The translations under genes and the position numbers were made by a program. Shown one piece after another: positions 1-10,090 of a stretch of 64,000 nt of DNA; within the stretch, counting starts at the first letter, position 1, and each line of letters starts with the position of its first letter. Under the pieces are notes generated by a model, which saw only the letters and a list, made by a program, of their open reading frames with translations, made no database searches and was not told the origin of the DNA. Origin of the DNA: an uncultured Gammaproteobacteria bacterium (GTDB lineage: Bacteria; Patescibacteriota; Microgenomatia; Daviesbacterales; UBA10151); NCBI GenBank assembly GCA_964396715.1, contig CAYNFQ010000001.1:21037-85036 (forward strand), written 5' to 3'.

Positions 1-570
1 TATGGAGTATTTCCCAGACTGGTTATTAGAGGAGATTCTGTAGTATATTCATCCAGGGCATTTACAGCAGCTCATGAAGGGCAAGGTTTGGGAACTAATG
101 CTTTAGATCAAGTGATTAAGATACATAATGACGAACTTAGGAGATTACATCAAAAGCCTCTAGCTTATGGTGCGTTATATACTGGGAGTCCGGTATCATT
201 GGCTTCAATCGTAAGATCTGAAAATACTGATAATGTCCGCCCCCTCTTTAGACGTGAAGGTCTTAAAGGAGGTGGTCGTTATGTAATGCTTTCAGGGCCT
301 CAACGAGTAGTTAAAGAAATACATTCTCTTTTTCTGCCAAATACAACATCCCTTAATAATCTCACAGGTGTTTGTAGAGGTGAATTACGGGACATAGGGC
401 CAAATCAGAGCTATATACCTGGCCGAAGTGTTCTAGCTGATCAGATTTATGGTGAAATGATTAGTACTTATCCTGATGGTTTGGATATGAACATACCTCA
501 GGGTGATGTAGTGATTGTGGTTTATGACATTAAAGCAGGCGACCCTGTTGTATCTAGAGTTGCTGCATAA
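1..570 (+). CDS. hypothetical protein, 5'-truncated by the window edge; the frame is open from nt 1
   Basis: Frame 1 is open from position 1 to the TAA at 568-570. I recognise no family. Local GC is slightly above the window average. Confidence 0.4.
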   Translation, partial: YGVFPRLVIRGDSVVYSSRAFTAAHEGQGLGTNALDQVIKIHNDELRRLHQKPLAYGALYTGSPVSLASIVRSENTDNVRPLFRREGLKGGGRYVMLSGPQRVVKEIHSLFLPNTTSLNNLTGVCRGELRDIGPNQSYIPGRSVLADQIYGEMISTYPDGLDMNIPQGDVVIVVYDIKAGDPVVSRVAA

Positions 571-636
571 TTACGTGCAGTTGAACCAGTCTAATTTCTT
601 CTTTTAAAAAATATTAGCTTCAGGTATACTTTACAC

Positions 637-2145
637 ATGGCTTTAGAGGATTTACAAAAGGAAAGATTAAAGAAGTTAAAAAATATTCAAAGGTTGGGGA
701 TTAATCCTTATCCTTCAAAATCCAATCGTAAGCATACAATTTCCATTGCCCGGAAAATGATGGGTAAAAAGGTCACTGTTGCAGGCAGGATTAGATCACT
801 TCGTCCTCATGGAAAAATCACCTTTGCAGATATTGAAGATGCAACAGGCAAAATTCAACTATTTTTTTCTCAGGAAGAATTAACTGGTGAAAAATATGAG
901 TTTTTAACAAATTTGGATTTGGGGGATTTTATAGAATGTAGCGGTGAAATTTTTAAAACCCAAGCAGGAGAAATCTCTGTCAGAGTTTCTGATTTTAAAT
1001 TGCTCACAAAAAGTTTAAGGCCTTTGCCATCCAGCTGGTATGGATTAAAAGATGTGGAGGAAAGATACAGAAGAAGATATGTAGATCTTTTAATGAATCC
1101 TGTTGTTAAAGAAACCTTTATTAAGAGAACAAAAATTATCACTGCTGTGAGAGGATTTTTAGACCAAAGAGATTTTTTAGAAGTTGAGACCCCAACTTTA
1201 CAAGAAGTTTATGGAGGAGCAAATGCCAGACCATTTAAAACTCGCCATAATACTCTAGGTTATGATTTTTTTCTCAAAATTTCTGATGAACTATACTTAA
1301 AAAGATTAATTATAGGAGGATTCGAAAAGGTTTATGAAATAGATAAGGATTTCCGCAATGAAGGTATTGATAAATCTCATAATCCCGAGTTTACTATGAT
1401 GGAATGTTATTGGGCTTATGCAGATTATCAAGATATGATGAAATTGACAGAAGATCTTTATCAGGAAGTGGCTTCAAAAGTTTTAGGTACTACTAAAATC
1501 ACTTTTGGTAGTCATAAGATTGATCTAAAAGCGCCTTGGAAAAGAATTACCATGAAAGAAGCTATTAAAAAATATGCGGGTGTAGATATAGATAAATTAA
1601 CAGATCAAGAGATTAGGGCTTTGCTGAAAAAAAATAATCTGGAACTAGAGGATAAACCAACTTTGACTGGTGTGGCAGCAGGATTTAATAGAGGAGTGGC
1701 TATTGCTACTCTTTTTGAATTGGTTGAACCAAATCTTATTCAACCTACCTTTGTTTATGATTTTCCCAAAGAAACCACTGCTCTTTGTAAACAAAAAGAG
1801 TCACAACCCGATTTAATTGAAAGATTTGAGCCATATATTGCTGGATTTGAGGTAGGTAATGCCTACTCTGAGTTAAATGATCCAATTGTCCAAAAAGAAT
1901 TTTTTGAGGAGCAATTAAAAGCTGCCAAATCAGGAGATGAAGAAGCTCATCCTATGGATAAAGCTTATTTGGAAGCCATGGAATATGGCATACCCCCAAC
2001 AGGAGGTTTAGGATTGGGAATTGATAGAATGGTAATGCTACTGACTAATAACCCAAGTATTGCTGAAGTTATTTTATTTCCAACCCTCCGTCCGTCCCAT
2101 CCCGCAAGCGGGAAAGAAAAGAAAAGGAGAGTAATTACTGAATAA
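637..2145 (+). CDS. lysS: lysyl-tRNA synthetase, class II
   Basis: 502 aa with an N-terminal OB anticodon-binding domain and a class II core (FRNEG motif, GGLGLGIDRMVMLLT motif 3). A short C-terminal extension is encoded by a GC-rich palindromic segment. Confidence 0.95.
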   Translation: MALEDLQKERLKKLKNIQRLGINPYPSKSNRKHTISIARKMMGKKVTVAGRIRSLRPHGKITFADIEDATGKIQLFFSQEELTGEKYEFLTNLDLGDFIECSGEIFKTQAGEISVRVSDFKLLTKSLRPLPSSWYGLKDVEERYRRRYVDLLMNPVVKETFIKRTKIITAVRGFLDQRDFLEVETPTLQEVYGGANARPFKTRHNTLGYDFFLKISDELYLKRLIIGGFEKVYEIDKDFRNEGIDKSHNPEFTMMECYWAYADYQDMMKLTEDLYQEVASKVLGTTKITFGSHKIDLKAPWKRITMKEAIKKYAGVDIDKLTDQEIRALLKKNNLELEDKPTLTGVAAGFNRGVAIATLFELVEPNLIQPTFVYDFPKETTALCKQKESQPDLIERFEPYIAGFEVGNAYSELNDPIVQKEFFEEQLKAAKSGDEEAHPMDKAYLEAMEYGIPPTGGLGLGIDRMVMLLTNNPSIAEVILFPTLRPSHPASGKEKKRRVITE

Positions 2146-2185
2146 CAATTTATAGTACGTGCGACAAATTGTTATCATAAATATT

Positions 2186-2818
2186 ATGACTAGAGATGAA
2201 GCTTACAAATTAATGACAGAAATGCTTAAGAGCAAAAACTTGCAAAAGCATGGATTGGCTGTGGAAGCAGTAATGAGAGCGCTTTGTAAATATCTACATG
2301 ATCGTCATCCCCGACCCGATCGGGGATCCATAAATAATATGGATTCCCGTATTCGCGGGAATGACAATATGGAAGAATTTAATGAGGATGAGTGGGCAAT
2401 TGTGGGGTTACTTCATGATGCAGATTATGAATTGGTGGAAAAAGACCCAACTCGTCATACTTTAGTTACTGCAGAAAAATTAAGACCACTTGGAGTATCG
2501 GAGAGAATTATTGAAGGTATAAAAGCTCATCATGATGGAATAAAAGAAACCAGAGATAATTTAATGGAAAAAAGTGTATATGCAGCGGATGAATTATCTG
2601 GGCTGATTACAGCGGTGGCACTGGTGAGACCGGACAAAAAGTTAGCATCAGTTACTGTGGAATCAGTTATGAAAAAGTTTGACCAGAAAAGCTTTGCAGC
2701 TGGTGCAAAAAGAGAGCAGATAAAAGCTTGCGAGAAAGAGCTAAATATTCCTTTGGAAGAATTTGTGGGAATTGCTCTTAAAGCAATGCAGGGAATATCT
2801 GATGAATTGGGATTATGA
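2186..2818 (+). CDS. HD-superfamily metal-dependent phosphohydrolase (COG2316-like)
   Basis: Carries H..HD ... GLLHDADYE ... KAHH motifs typical of small archaeal/Thermotoga-type HD hydrolases. The ATG at 2186 (MTRDEAYKL) is preferred over the GTG at 2159. A 22-aa GC-rich insertion sits between the HD and LLHD motifs. Confidence 0.7.
   Translation: MTRDEAYKLMTEMLKSKNLQKHGLAVEAVMRALCKYLHDRHPRPDRGSINNMDSRIRGNDNMEEFNEDEWAIVGLLHDADYELVEKDPTRHTLVTAEKLRPLGVSERIIEGIKAHHDGIKETRDNLMEKSVYAADELSGLITAVALVRPDKKLASVTVESVMKKFDQKSFAAGAKREQIKACEKELNIPLEEFVGIALKAMQGISDELGL
2305..2362. repeat. GC-rich palindromic in-frame insertion (CCCGATCGGG and TCCCG-N6-CGGGA hairpins) inside the HD hydrolase gene
   Basis: Local GC is far above the surroundings. 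Two or three short hairpins encode a 22-aa loop insertion between the conserved HD and LLHD motifs. Confidence 0.55.
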
Positions 2819-3405
2819 AATTAAATGACCTTAAAAAAATATTAAAGGTTTTTTTAACGCTGCAATGGGCAAAGGAATTACCCCGTCAGGGTTTTATTGC
2901 CATGGGGTTTAAAAGAAATGAGGCGGATTCGGTGGCCGCACATTCTTTTTCCACTGCCCTTCTCTCTTATTTTCTGGCCAAGCAACTGAAGAAAGAAGGG
3001 CAGAAGGTAGATTGCGAAAAAGTTTTGAAAATGGCCTTGGTACATGATATTGGGGAGACAATAGTTGGGGATGTGGGGACTTTTGTTAAAGGTATGGCCG
3101 GAGGTGTTTTTAAAAATATTGAAGAAGAGGGAGTTAAAGCTTTGGTTTCCGGACTAGACTCTAAAGAAGAGATTATAAAATTGGTTGAAGAATATAATGA
3201 CAGAAAAACAATAGAAGCCAGAGTAGTTAAAGCAGCTGATAATTTAGATGCTTTGGCTCAAGCCAAAGGTGTACCCGGAGCGCAAGATGCGCTAAAATAT
3301 TTTAAACAGGTGTATCATATTACAAAATTTGATTGGCATAAAAAAGCAGTGGATCTAATTTTGTCAGGAGAGATAGAACCGGCCAGAGATTGGCAGGATC
3401 ACTAA
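2815..3405 (+). CDS. HD-domain 5'-deoxynucleotidase, YfbR-like
   Basis: HSFSTALL ... LVHDIGE ... AADNLDAL motifs match the YfbR/HD_3 family. A 4-bp overlap couples it to the upstream HD gene. Confidence 0.75.
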   Translation: MKLNDLKKILKVFLTLQWAKELPRQGFIAMGFKRNEADSVAAHSFSTALLSYFLAKQLKKEGQKVDCEKVLKMALVHDIGETIVGDVGTFVKGMAGGVFKNIEEEGVKALVSGLDSKEEIIKLVEEYNDRKTIEARVVKAADNLDALAQAKGVPGAQDALKYFKQVYHITKFDWHKKAVDLILSGEIEPARDWQDH

Positions 3406-3407
3406 CT

Positions 3408-4640
3408 ATGTTAGACATTAATTTCATAAGAGAAAATAAAGATAAGGTTAAAAAGTCTGTGGAGGCCAGAAAAGCTAACATAGATTTGGATAAATTACTC
3501 CAGTTGGATAGCCAAAGAAGAGAACTTATACAAAAGGTTGATGATTTAAGAGCCAAGAGAAATCAAGCTGCCCAAGCCAAAGATATAGAAACTGGTAAGA
3601 AAATAAAAGAAGAGTTGGGAGGATTAGAAAAAGAATTGGAGAATGTGGAAAAAGAGTGGAATATACTCATGCTTCAAGTTCCCAATATTCTAATGGATGA
3701 GGTGCCAATCGGAGATGCATCTAAAAACAAAGTTATCAGAAAAGAAGGCAGTCCGCCTAAATTTCCTTTTAAAATAAAAGACCATATCGCATTGGGAAAA
3801 AGTCTGGATATTATAGATTTTGACAGGGGAGTAAAGGTGGGAGGATTTAGGGGTTACTTCTTAAAAAACGAGGGAGCCAGGCTGCATTGGGCTGTATTAA
3901 ATTTTGCTTTGGATATAATTGGCCAAAAAGGTTTTCGAGTTATAGTTCCTCCTATTGTAAATAAAAGTTTGGCACTTTTAGGAGGAGGACAATTTCCCTG
4001 GTATGAGGAAGATACATACAAGTTAGGCGATGATGAATATTTGGTGGGAACAGCAGAAATTCCTTTGATGGCATTACATGCAGATGAGACTTTTGATATA
4101 AAAGATTTGCCTAAAAAATATGTAGCGCTCTCTGCTTGTTTCAGAACAGAGATTGGTTCTTATGGAAAGGATACGAAGGGACTGTATAGGGTACATGAGT
4201 TTTATAAAGTAGAACAAGTAATTTTATGTGAGGCTGATGAAAAGGAATCCTTAGGCTTTTTTGAAGATTTACAAGATAATGCAGAAGGGATTTTGCAAGA
4301 GCTTGGCCTTGCCTATCAAGTAGTTTGTTTGTCGTCACAAGATACCGGTAAAAAATCCGCTCTAACTTATGATATTGAAACTTGGATGCCGTCAAGAGAA
4401 AACTACGGTGAGACTCATTCCAATTCATATGTAGCGGATTTTCAAACCAGAAGATTAAAGATTAAATATCGCGATACAGATGGGCAAACTAAATTTTGTC
4501 ATGCCTTAAATAATACTGCCATTGCCTCTCCCAGGATTTTAATTGCCCTGCTGGAGAACTTCCAACTTGAGGATGGCTCCATCAAAATCCCGGAAGTTTT
4601 ACAAAAATATACCGGATTCTCCGAAATTAAACCCAAATAA
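3408..4640 (+). CDS. serS: seryl-tRNA synthetase
   Basis: N-terminal coiled-coil arm, then a class II core (FRTE, GLYRVHEF, SNSYVADFQTRRL). The ATG at 3408 is preferred over the TTG at 3390. Confidence 0.95.
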   Translation: MLDINFIRENKDKVKKSVEARKANIDLDKLLQLDSQRRELIQKVDDLRAKRNQAAQAKDIETGKKIKEELGGLEKELENVEKEWNILMLQVPNILMDEVPIGDASKNKVIRKEGSPPKFPFKIKDHIALGKSLDIIDFDRGVKVGGFRGYFLKNEGARLHWAVLNFALDIIGQKGFRVIVPPIVNKSLALLGGGQFPWYEEDTYKLGDDEYLVGTAEIPLMALHADETFDIKDLPKKYVALSACFRTEIGSYGKDTKGLYRVHEFYKVEQVILCEADEKESLGFFEDLQDNAEGILQELGLAYQVVCLSSQDTGKKSALTYDIETWMPSRENYGETHSNSYVADFQTRRLKIKYRDTDGQTKFCHALNNTAIASPRILIALLENFQLEDGSIKIPEVLQKYTGFSEIKPK

Positions 4641-4910
4641 ATGGCCACAATTGCTGATTTAGAAAAAGAGATAGAACTTATCAAACAAAGAAATAAGAGA
4701 GTAGAAACTGAAAAGGAATGGGAAACCAGTTGGACCAGAAGGATAATGGTGGTACTTTTCACCTATCTGGTTATAGCCTTATTCTTTTTATTTGCCGGTA
4801 TATCGAAACCATTTATTAATGCCATTGTACCTGCCATAGCATTTGTCTTATCCACCCTATCAGTTCCACTATTTAGAAATCTTTGGTTAAAATATATCCA
4901 CAAAACTTAA
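4641..4910 (+). CDS. small membrane protein, 2 TM
   Basis: 89 aa with two hydrophobic helices. Abuts the serS stop. Confidence 0.45.
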   Translation: MATIADLEKEIELIKQRNKRVETEKEWETSWTRRIMVVLFTYLVIALFFLFAGISKPFINAIVPAIAFVLSTLSVPLFRNLWLKYIHKT

Positions 4911-4911
4911 A

Positions 4912-6033
4912 TTAAGGGGTAGTTTGCTGCTGTTGTCTTTGTCTGATCAAATCTGCTGCTGAGGTGGCTTGTTGTGTTCCCTCCAGCTGGCCAAAGTTGG
5001 CAGAATCTGTTTCGGCTGCCGGTGTGGCCTGAGGAAGTGGAGTTGCAACAGGTGGAGGAGGTTTAATTTGAGAAGTTTGAGTCTGAGTTGTGGCCGGCAC
5101 AGATGAGGTTTGAGGGGTCTGGCCTAACCCTAAGATAAAGTAGGCAGACGCCCCTGCCACCAGAATCAAAAGTCCAATGCCAATCCCAATCAGCCATTTT
5201 GGTATGCCTTTTCTTTCCTCGGTCGGAAGACTGGGAATTTCCGCTGAAGCAGTATTGGGGACAATTAAAGTTTCTGCAGTGGGTGGTTGTCCTGCTTCTG
5301 AGGGAGTTTGCTCCAAAGAGCCGTTATTGGATATCAGATGGGACAGATCCGTTGGTACGCCTTGAGCCGTCTCTTGAGCGGGTTGAGGTGATGGTGACCA
5401 TTCAGGCGGACCTGCCTGAATGGGATCATCGATAGCGGGAGGTTGCATAGGCGCGCCCAAGGGATTATCCAAAGGAGAAAGATGAGGCTGGAGGGGTGGT
5501 GTAAAGGTTGGAGTAGGTTCTGAGGGGGTTGGCTCTGATTGAGGAGGAGTTGGGGGTGGAACACTCCATGTTGAGGTATCCTGGGGAAAGCTTGTGGATT
5601 CTGGTTGAGCTGTAGCCGGCTGGGGCCAAGTCTGACTTGGCTGGGGGGAGGTCGGGAAAACAGGATTTTGCGGGTACATTTGAGGATTGGCTGATAAATC
5701 CGGTTGCTCTCTTGACAGTGGGGTTGGTTCCGATTGAAAAGGAGTTGGTTCCGGTGCCGGGGGAATAGGCGAAGTTTGTGGTACAGTCCAGGGAGATAGT
5801 GGGGTTGGGTTAGTTTGAGGCTGTTCCCAAGCTGAGGAGGGTTGGGATGGAGAAGGTTGGGCGCTTTGAGTAGGCCAAGCCGGCTGAGGATTTGGCATAG
5901 GAGGTGTAAAAATAGGCTGTGCTGGTGTGGATGTAAACGGATTGGTATCTTGTGGAGCTGGAGGAACGCTACCTGGAACAGGCGCTCTATTTTGCGGATC
6001 AGTGGGATTATTTGGACTGTTTGAATTATCCAT
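4912..6033 (-). CDS. proline/threonine/glutamine-rich bitopic membrane protein
   Basis: 373 aa. About 280 aa of low-complexity P/S/T/Q-rich sequence, one TM helix ([22 protein letters not shown]), and a T/Q/P-rich C-terminal tail. Divergent from secA. Confidence 0.55.
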   Translation of the reverse strand: MDNSNSPNNPTDPQNRAPVPGSVPPAPQDTNPFTSTPAQPIFTPPMPNPQPAWPTQSAQPSPSQPSSAWEQPQTNPTPLSPWTVPQTSPIPPAPEPTPFQSEPTPLSREQPDLSANPQMYPQNPVFPTSPQPSQTWPQPATAQPESTSFPQDTSTWSVPPPTPPQSEPTPSEPTPTFTPPLQPHLSPLDNPLGAPMQPPAIDDPIQAGPPEWSPSPQPAQETAQGVPTDLSHLISNNGSLEQTPSEAGQPPTAETLIVPNTASAEIPSLPTEERKGIPKWLIGIGIGLLILVAGASAYFILGLGQTPQTSSVPATTQTQTSQIKPPPPVATPLPQATPAAETDSANFGQLEGTQQATSAADLIRQRQQQQTTP

Positions 6034-6121
6034 TTGGGCAAGGCTTTTAAACTATTGTTAGTGTATAAGAGCAGCTTAGAAATGTCAATGAGACAGGAGA
6101 AATTGTATAATATTACAAACT

Positions 6122-8836
6122 ATGTTAGGGATATTGGGTAAACTTTTGGATTCAAACGAGAGAGAGATTAATAAACTTAAACCTTTGGTTGAAAGTATTA
6201 ATAGTCTGGAAAAAAAGACTGCCACTCTTTCGGATAAACAGTTAAAAGGAAAATTTGCAGAGCTTAAGGCTTTGCACGAAAGAGGCAAAAGTCTGGATGA
6301 GTTGTTGCCGGAAGCCTTTGCTCTGGTTCGAGAGGTAGCAAGGCGCAATATAAAACAGCGCCATTTTGATGTACAAATGATGTCGGCAATTGTACTGCAT
6401 CAGGGTAAGATAGCCGAACAAAAAACCGGAGAGGGAAAAACTTTGTCTGCAACTCCGGCAATGTTTTTAAATGCAATTTCCTCAAAAGGGGTGCATTTGG
6501 TGACAGTTAATGATTATTTGGCTATGAGGGACTGCGGTTGGATGGGACCTGTTTTTGACGCCTTGGGCGCAACTTGCGCCACTATTGTCCATGAGGCCGC
6601 ATATATTTACGACCCCAAATATAAAAATACCTCCCATGATGACAAAAGATTACTACACCTTCGTCCGATTACCAGAAAAGAGGCATATGGGGCGGATATT
6701 ACTTATGGCACCAACAATGAATTTGGGTTTGATTATCTGCGGGACAATATGGTTTTTAAATTGTCAGATCAAGTGCAAAGAGGACATTTTTTCGCAATTG
6801 TTGATGAGGTGGATTCAATTTTAATAGATGAGGCAAGAACCCCTTTAATTATTTCCCAACCTGCCCAAGAAGCAACGGAAAAATACTTTGAATTTGCCAA
6901 AATTATCAATTCGCTTACAAGCTCCGATTATGTTGTTGATGAAAAATTAAAAACCGCGCATTTAACAGAACACGGAACCTTAAAAATAGAAAAAATGCTC
7001 GGGGTGGATAATTTATATGAAAAAGATTTCTCTACCCTTCATCATCTGGAACAAGCTTTAAAAGCCAAAACACTTTTTGAAAAAGATAAAGATTATGTGG
7101 TGAAAGATGGGGAAGTAATAATTGTTGATGAGTTTACCGGAAGGTTGATGTTGGGAAGGAGATATTCGGAAGGTTTGCACCAGGCAATTGAAGCTAAAGA
7201 GGGAGTTTCCATCCAGCAGGAGTCCCAAACCATGGCCACAATCTCTTTCCAAAATTATTTCAGGATGTATGCAAAACTTTCAGGTATGACAGGTACTGCC
7301 GCAACTGAGGCAGAGGAGTTTAACAAAATTTATAAACTGGAAGTGATAGTTATTCCCACCAATAAGCAAATGATAAGAAAAGATCATCCAGATACTATTT
7401 ATAAAACTCAGTCTGCCAAATACACCGCTGTTGCCAATTTAATTGAGGAGACCAACAAAAAAGGTCAGCCAGTCTTGGTTGGAACAACCTCTATTGAGAA
7501 AAATGAGTTCTTATCAGCGCTTTTAAAAAGAAAAGGCATCTCACATGCCTTACTTAATGCCAAAAATCACGAAAAAGAAGCGGAAATTATTGCCAAAGCT
7601 GGAGAAAAAGGAGCTGTTACCGTTGCAACTAACATGGCGGGAAGGGGAGTGGATATTATTTTGGGCAAAGGGGTGGATAAATCGGGAGGATTGTATGTAG
7701 TTGGTACGGAACGGCACGAGTCAAGAAGAATTGACAACCAGCTAAGAGGTCGATCAGGTCGCCAGGGAGATCTCGGGGAGACCAGGTTTTTTGTGTCACT
7801 GGAAGATGATTTAATGAGGATTTTTGGAGGGGAACAGGTTTCCAAGGTGATGGATTTTCTGAAAATGGATGAAAATATGCCAATTGAGCATGGTTTGGTT
7901 TCCAAGGCAATTGAAGGGGCACAGAAAAAAGTGGAGGGTCACAATTTTGATATCAGAAAACATACTGTTGAATATGATGACGTGATGAATCAGCAAAGAC
8001 AGATTATTTATGAGGTTAGAAAGAAGGTTTTAGAAACTGCGGAAAGTAAGGATTTAACTTTAAGAGGTGAAATTTTGGAAAAGGTGGAAAAAGAGATATC
8101 CAATCTTGTCACAATATATTCCGAGGAGGGCATTAATCATCAAAAAATTATTGAAGAGTTTGTGACAATCATTCCCCTTGATTTGGAGAGCCAAAAGCAA
8201 ATAGGAAAACAACTAACCGGTCTGTCAAATACGGATGAGGTTATCAAGTTTTTATCAGATCTGACAAGACACTTTTATGAAGAAAGAGAAAAGCAGGTGG
8301 GTGAGGATCTGGCAAGACAAATGGAGGTGTTTGTGTACCTTAATACCATAGATACTCTTTGGGTTGAGCATCTGGATACTATGGATGATTTAAGATCAGG
8401 TATAGGACTCCGAGGTTATGCCCAAAGAGATCCTTTAATTGAGTATAAAAGGGAAGGGTTTGAGTTATTTGAAAAACTGATGGTGGAAATAGATTATGAA
8501 ATAGTTCATCGGATCTTTAAAGTTGCAGTACAAGGGCAGGCACCAATAGTTCAGTCTCAACCAATAGCAGTGGAAGAAAAACATCCGGAAATAGAGGTTG
8601 GTGTTGAAACTGAAAAAGAGGAGATTAAAGGAGTGGCTGAGGGAAAGCCCTTGGATCAGATTCTGGGAGAAGAAGGCGGAGTCACCAAAGTTACAATTGA
8701 AAGAGATGGGATAGTATCTGAACAAGTGTATGGCAACCAGGGACAATTAACCAAGCCTCATGGGAAAGTAGGCAGAAATGATCCATGTTGGTGTGGATCT
8801 GGCAAAAAATACAAGCGCTGTCACTATCCAAATTAA
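6122..8836 (+). CDS. secA: preprotein translocase ATPase SecA
   Basis: 904 aa with DEAD-like motor motifs and a C-terminal CWCGSGKKYKRCH zinc-finger tail. A TATAAT box lies 9 nt upstream of the ATG. Confidence 0.97.
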   Translation: MLGILGKLLDSNEREINKLKPLVESINSLEKKTATLSDKQLKGKFAELKALHERGKSLDELLPEAFALVREVARRNIKQRHFDVQMMSAIVLHQGKIAEQKTGEGKTLSATPAMFLNAISSKGVHLVTVNDYLAMRDCGWMGPVFDALGATCATIVHEAAYIYDPKYKNTSHDDKRLLHLRPITRKEAYGADITYGTNNEFGFDYLRDNMVFKLSDQVQRGHFFAIVDEVDSILIDEARTPLIISQPAQEATEKYFEFAKIINSLTSSDYVVDEKLKTAHLTEHGTLKIEKMLGVDNLYEKDFSTLHHLEQALKAKTLFEKDKDYVVKDGEVIIVDEFTGRLMLGRRYSEGLHQAIEAKEGVSIQQESQTMATISFQNYFRMYAKLSGMTGTAATEAEEFNKIYKLEVIVIPTNKQMIRKDHPDTIYKTQSAKYTAVANLIEETNKKGQPVLVGTTSIEKNEFLSALLKRKGISHALLNAKNHEKEAEIIAKAGEKGAVTVATNMAGRGVDIILGKGVDKSGGLYVVGTERHESRRIDNQLRGRSGRQGDLGETRFFVSLEDDLMRIFGGEQVSKVMDFLKMDENMPIEHGLVSKAIEGAQKKVEGHNFDIRKHTVEYDDVMNQQRQIIYEVRKKVLETAESKDLTLRGEILEKVEKEISNLVTIYSEEGINHQKIIEEFVTIIPLDLESQKQIGKQLTGLSNTDEVIKFLSDLTRHFYEEREKQVGEDLARQMEVFVYLNTIDTLWVEHLDTMDDLRSGIGLRGYAQRDPLIEYKREGFELFEKLMVEIDYEIVHRIFKVAVQGQAPIVQSQPIAVEEKHPEIEVGVETEKEEIKGVAEGKPLDQILGEEGGVTKVTIERDGIVSEQVYGNQGQLTKPHGKVGRNDPCWCGSGKKYKRCHYPN

Positions 8837-8845
8837 GGTTAAAAT

Positions 8846-9070
8846 ATGATCCAAATGTTTAATGAGCTTAATGCTGATCAGCTTGATGGGCTGGCTAAGC
8901 TTTCTTTTGACTTAGCCAGAGCAGCATTTATTTTGGCTATATTACCCTCACCAAGCATACCTGATAATCCTGGAACTGGATTATTTAAAATCTTACTAGG
9001 TTTATTTTGGGGACTTGTCTGTACATACATGGCTTTGGTATTATTAAGGGCGAAAGAGAGGCTACGATGA
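8846..9070 (+). CDS. small hydrophobic protein
   Basis: 74 aa with two predicted TM helices. No recognisable family. Confidence 0.35.
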   Translation: MIQMFNELNADQLDGLAKLSFDLARAAFILAILPSPSIPDNPGTGLFKILLGLFWGLVCTYMALVLLRAKERLR

Positions 9071-9192
9071 CATTTTCAGATATTTTGCTGCAACTTTATA
9101 ACACTGGAATTTTAGCTATAGCCATTATGGTTTTAGCTATAGCTATTATTACCTATCCCACGCTTCGTAGCCGTTCCCAAAAGAGAAGATAA
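9067..9192 (+). CDS. small hydrophobic peptide
   Basis: About 41 aa, single TM (AIAIMVLAIAII). Its ATGA overlaps the upstream ORF. Weak call. Confidence 0.25.
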   Translation: MTFSDILLQLYNTGILAIAIMVLAIAIITYPTLRSRSQKRR

Positions 9193-9232
9193 CTTTGCTT
9201 AAAATAACACCCGGTGTGTTTTAATATATATA

Positions 9233-10090
9233 ATGCTTAAAGCTGAAAAGTTAACTAAAGAATGGGTGGCTAATAAGTTACCTAAAAGGCCAAAAGATGC
9301 AAATAAGGGGACATTTGGCAAAGTTTTAGTAATTGCCGGGTCAGAAAATTATCCTGGAGCAGCATATTTATCCTGTGCAGCTGCATACAGAGTGGGTGGC
9401 GGACTGGTAAGCTTGGTAACTGATGAGGTTGTAAAAATCATAGTGTCCAAAAAATTACCAGAGGTGACATTTTTAGATTATGGTGAAGTGTTTGAAAAAA
9501 TAAGAGACTTTAATGTTTTACTTTTAGGCCCAGGTTTAGGGCAAAGCGAGCAAACTACCAAATTTGTGGAACAACTTTTAGAAAGAGAATTACCACCTGC
9601 TGTAATTGATGGGGATGGGTTAAACATATTATCCAAAATAGATCAGTGGTGGAAGAGATTAAATGCTAATGTCATATTAACTCCTCATCCAGGCGAGATG
9701 GCCAGATTAACTGGTAAAAGTTTAGATCAGATCCAATCTGACAGAGTGAATGTTGCCCAGACTTTTGCCAAAAAATGGAATCAGGCAGTGGTTTTAAAAG
9801 GAGCAAATACTATTATTGCCTCCCCTGGCGGGGAAGTAGGTTTAAGTCCTTTTGCAAATCCGGCACTTGCTACTGCCGGAACAGGAGATGTTTTGTCAGG
9901 AGTGATTGCAGGATTTTTAGCCCAAGGATTAAATAATTTTGATGCAGCTTGTGTGGGGGTTTATATCCATGGTTTGACAGGTGAGATATTAAAAGAAAAA
10001 ATAGGTAACGCGGGAAGTTTGGCGTCAGATTTGCTGTCGCTTCTTCCAAAAGCAATACTTACTCTACATAACCAAATAGGGGGTCAGTAA
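9233..10090 (+). CDS. ADP-dependent NAD(P)H-hydrate dehydratase (YjeF C-terminal carbohydrate-kinase-like domain)
   Basis: GKVLVIAGS..YPGAA and a C-terminal GTGDVLSGVIAG motif, as in the Nnr dehydratase. Confidence 0.8.
   Translation: MLKAEKLTKEWVANKLPKRPKDANKGTFGKVLVIAGSENYPGAAYLSCAAAYRVGGGLVSLVTDEVVKIIVSKKLPEVTFLDYGEVFEKIRDFNVLLLGPGLGQSEQTTKFVEQLLERELPPAVIDGDGLNILSKIDQWWKRLNANVILTPHPGEMARLTGKSLDQIQSDRVNVAQTFAKKWNQAVVLKGANTIIASPGGEVGLSPFANPALATAGTGDVLSGVIAGFLAQGLNNFDAACVGVYIHGLTGEILKEKIGNAGSLASDLLSLLPKAILTLHNQIGGQ

Noticed and set aside
870-4762. Antisense ORFs inside lysS, the YfbR-like gene and serS (870..1142, 3320..3556, 4141..4428, 4499..4762)
   Set aside because: They are fully embedded antisense to high-confidence aaRS and HD genes and have no family resemblance. 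Spurious.
5334-6041. Listed 235-aa ORF on the minus strand overlapping the proline-rich protein gene in another frame
   Set aside because: The low-complexity CCN/GGN-rich DNA keeps several frames open. The 4912..6033 frame gives a coherent bitopic protein with a TM helix; this alternative frame is a shadow ORF.
9193-9232. Possible terminator hairpin AACACCCGGTGTGTTTT after the small ORFs downstream of secA
   Set aside because: The stem is only 4-5 bp with a loop too small to form. Too weak to call.
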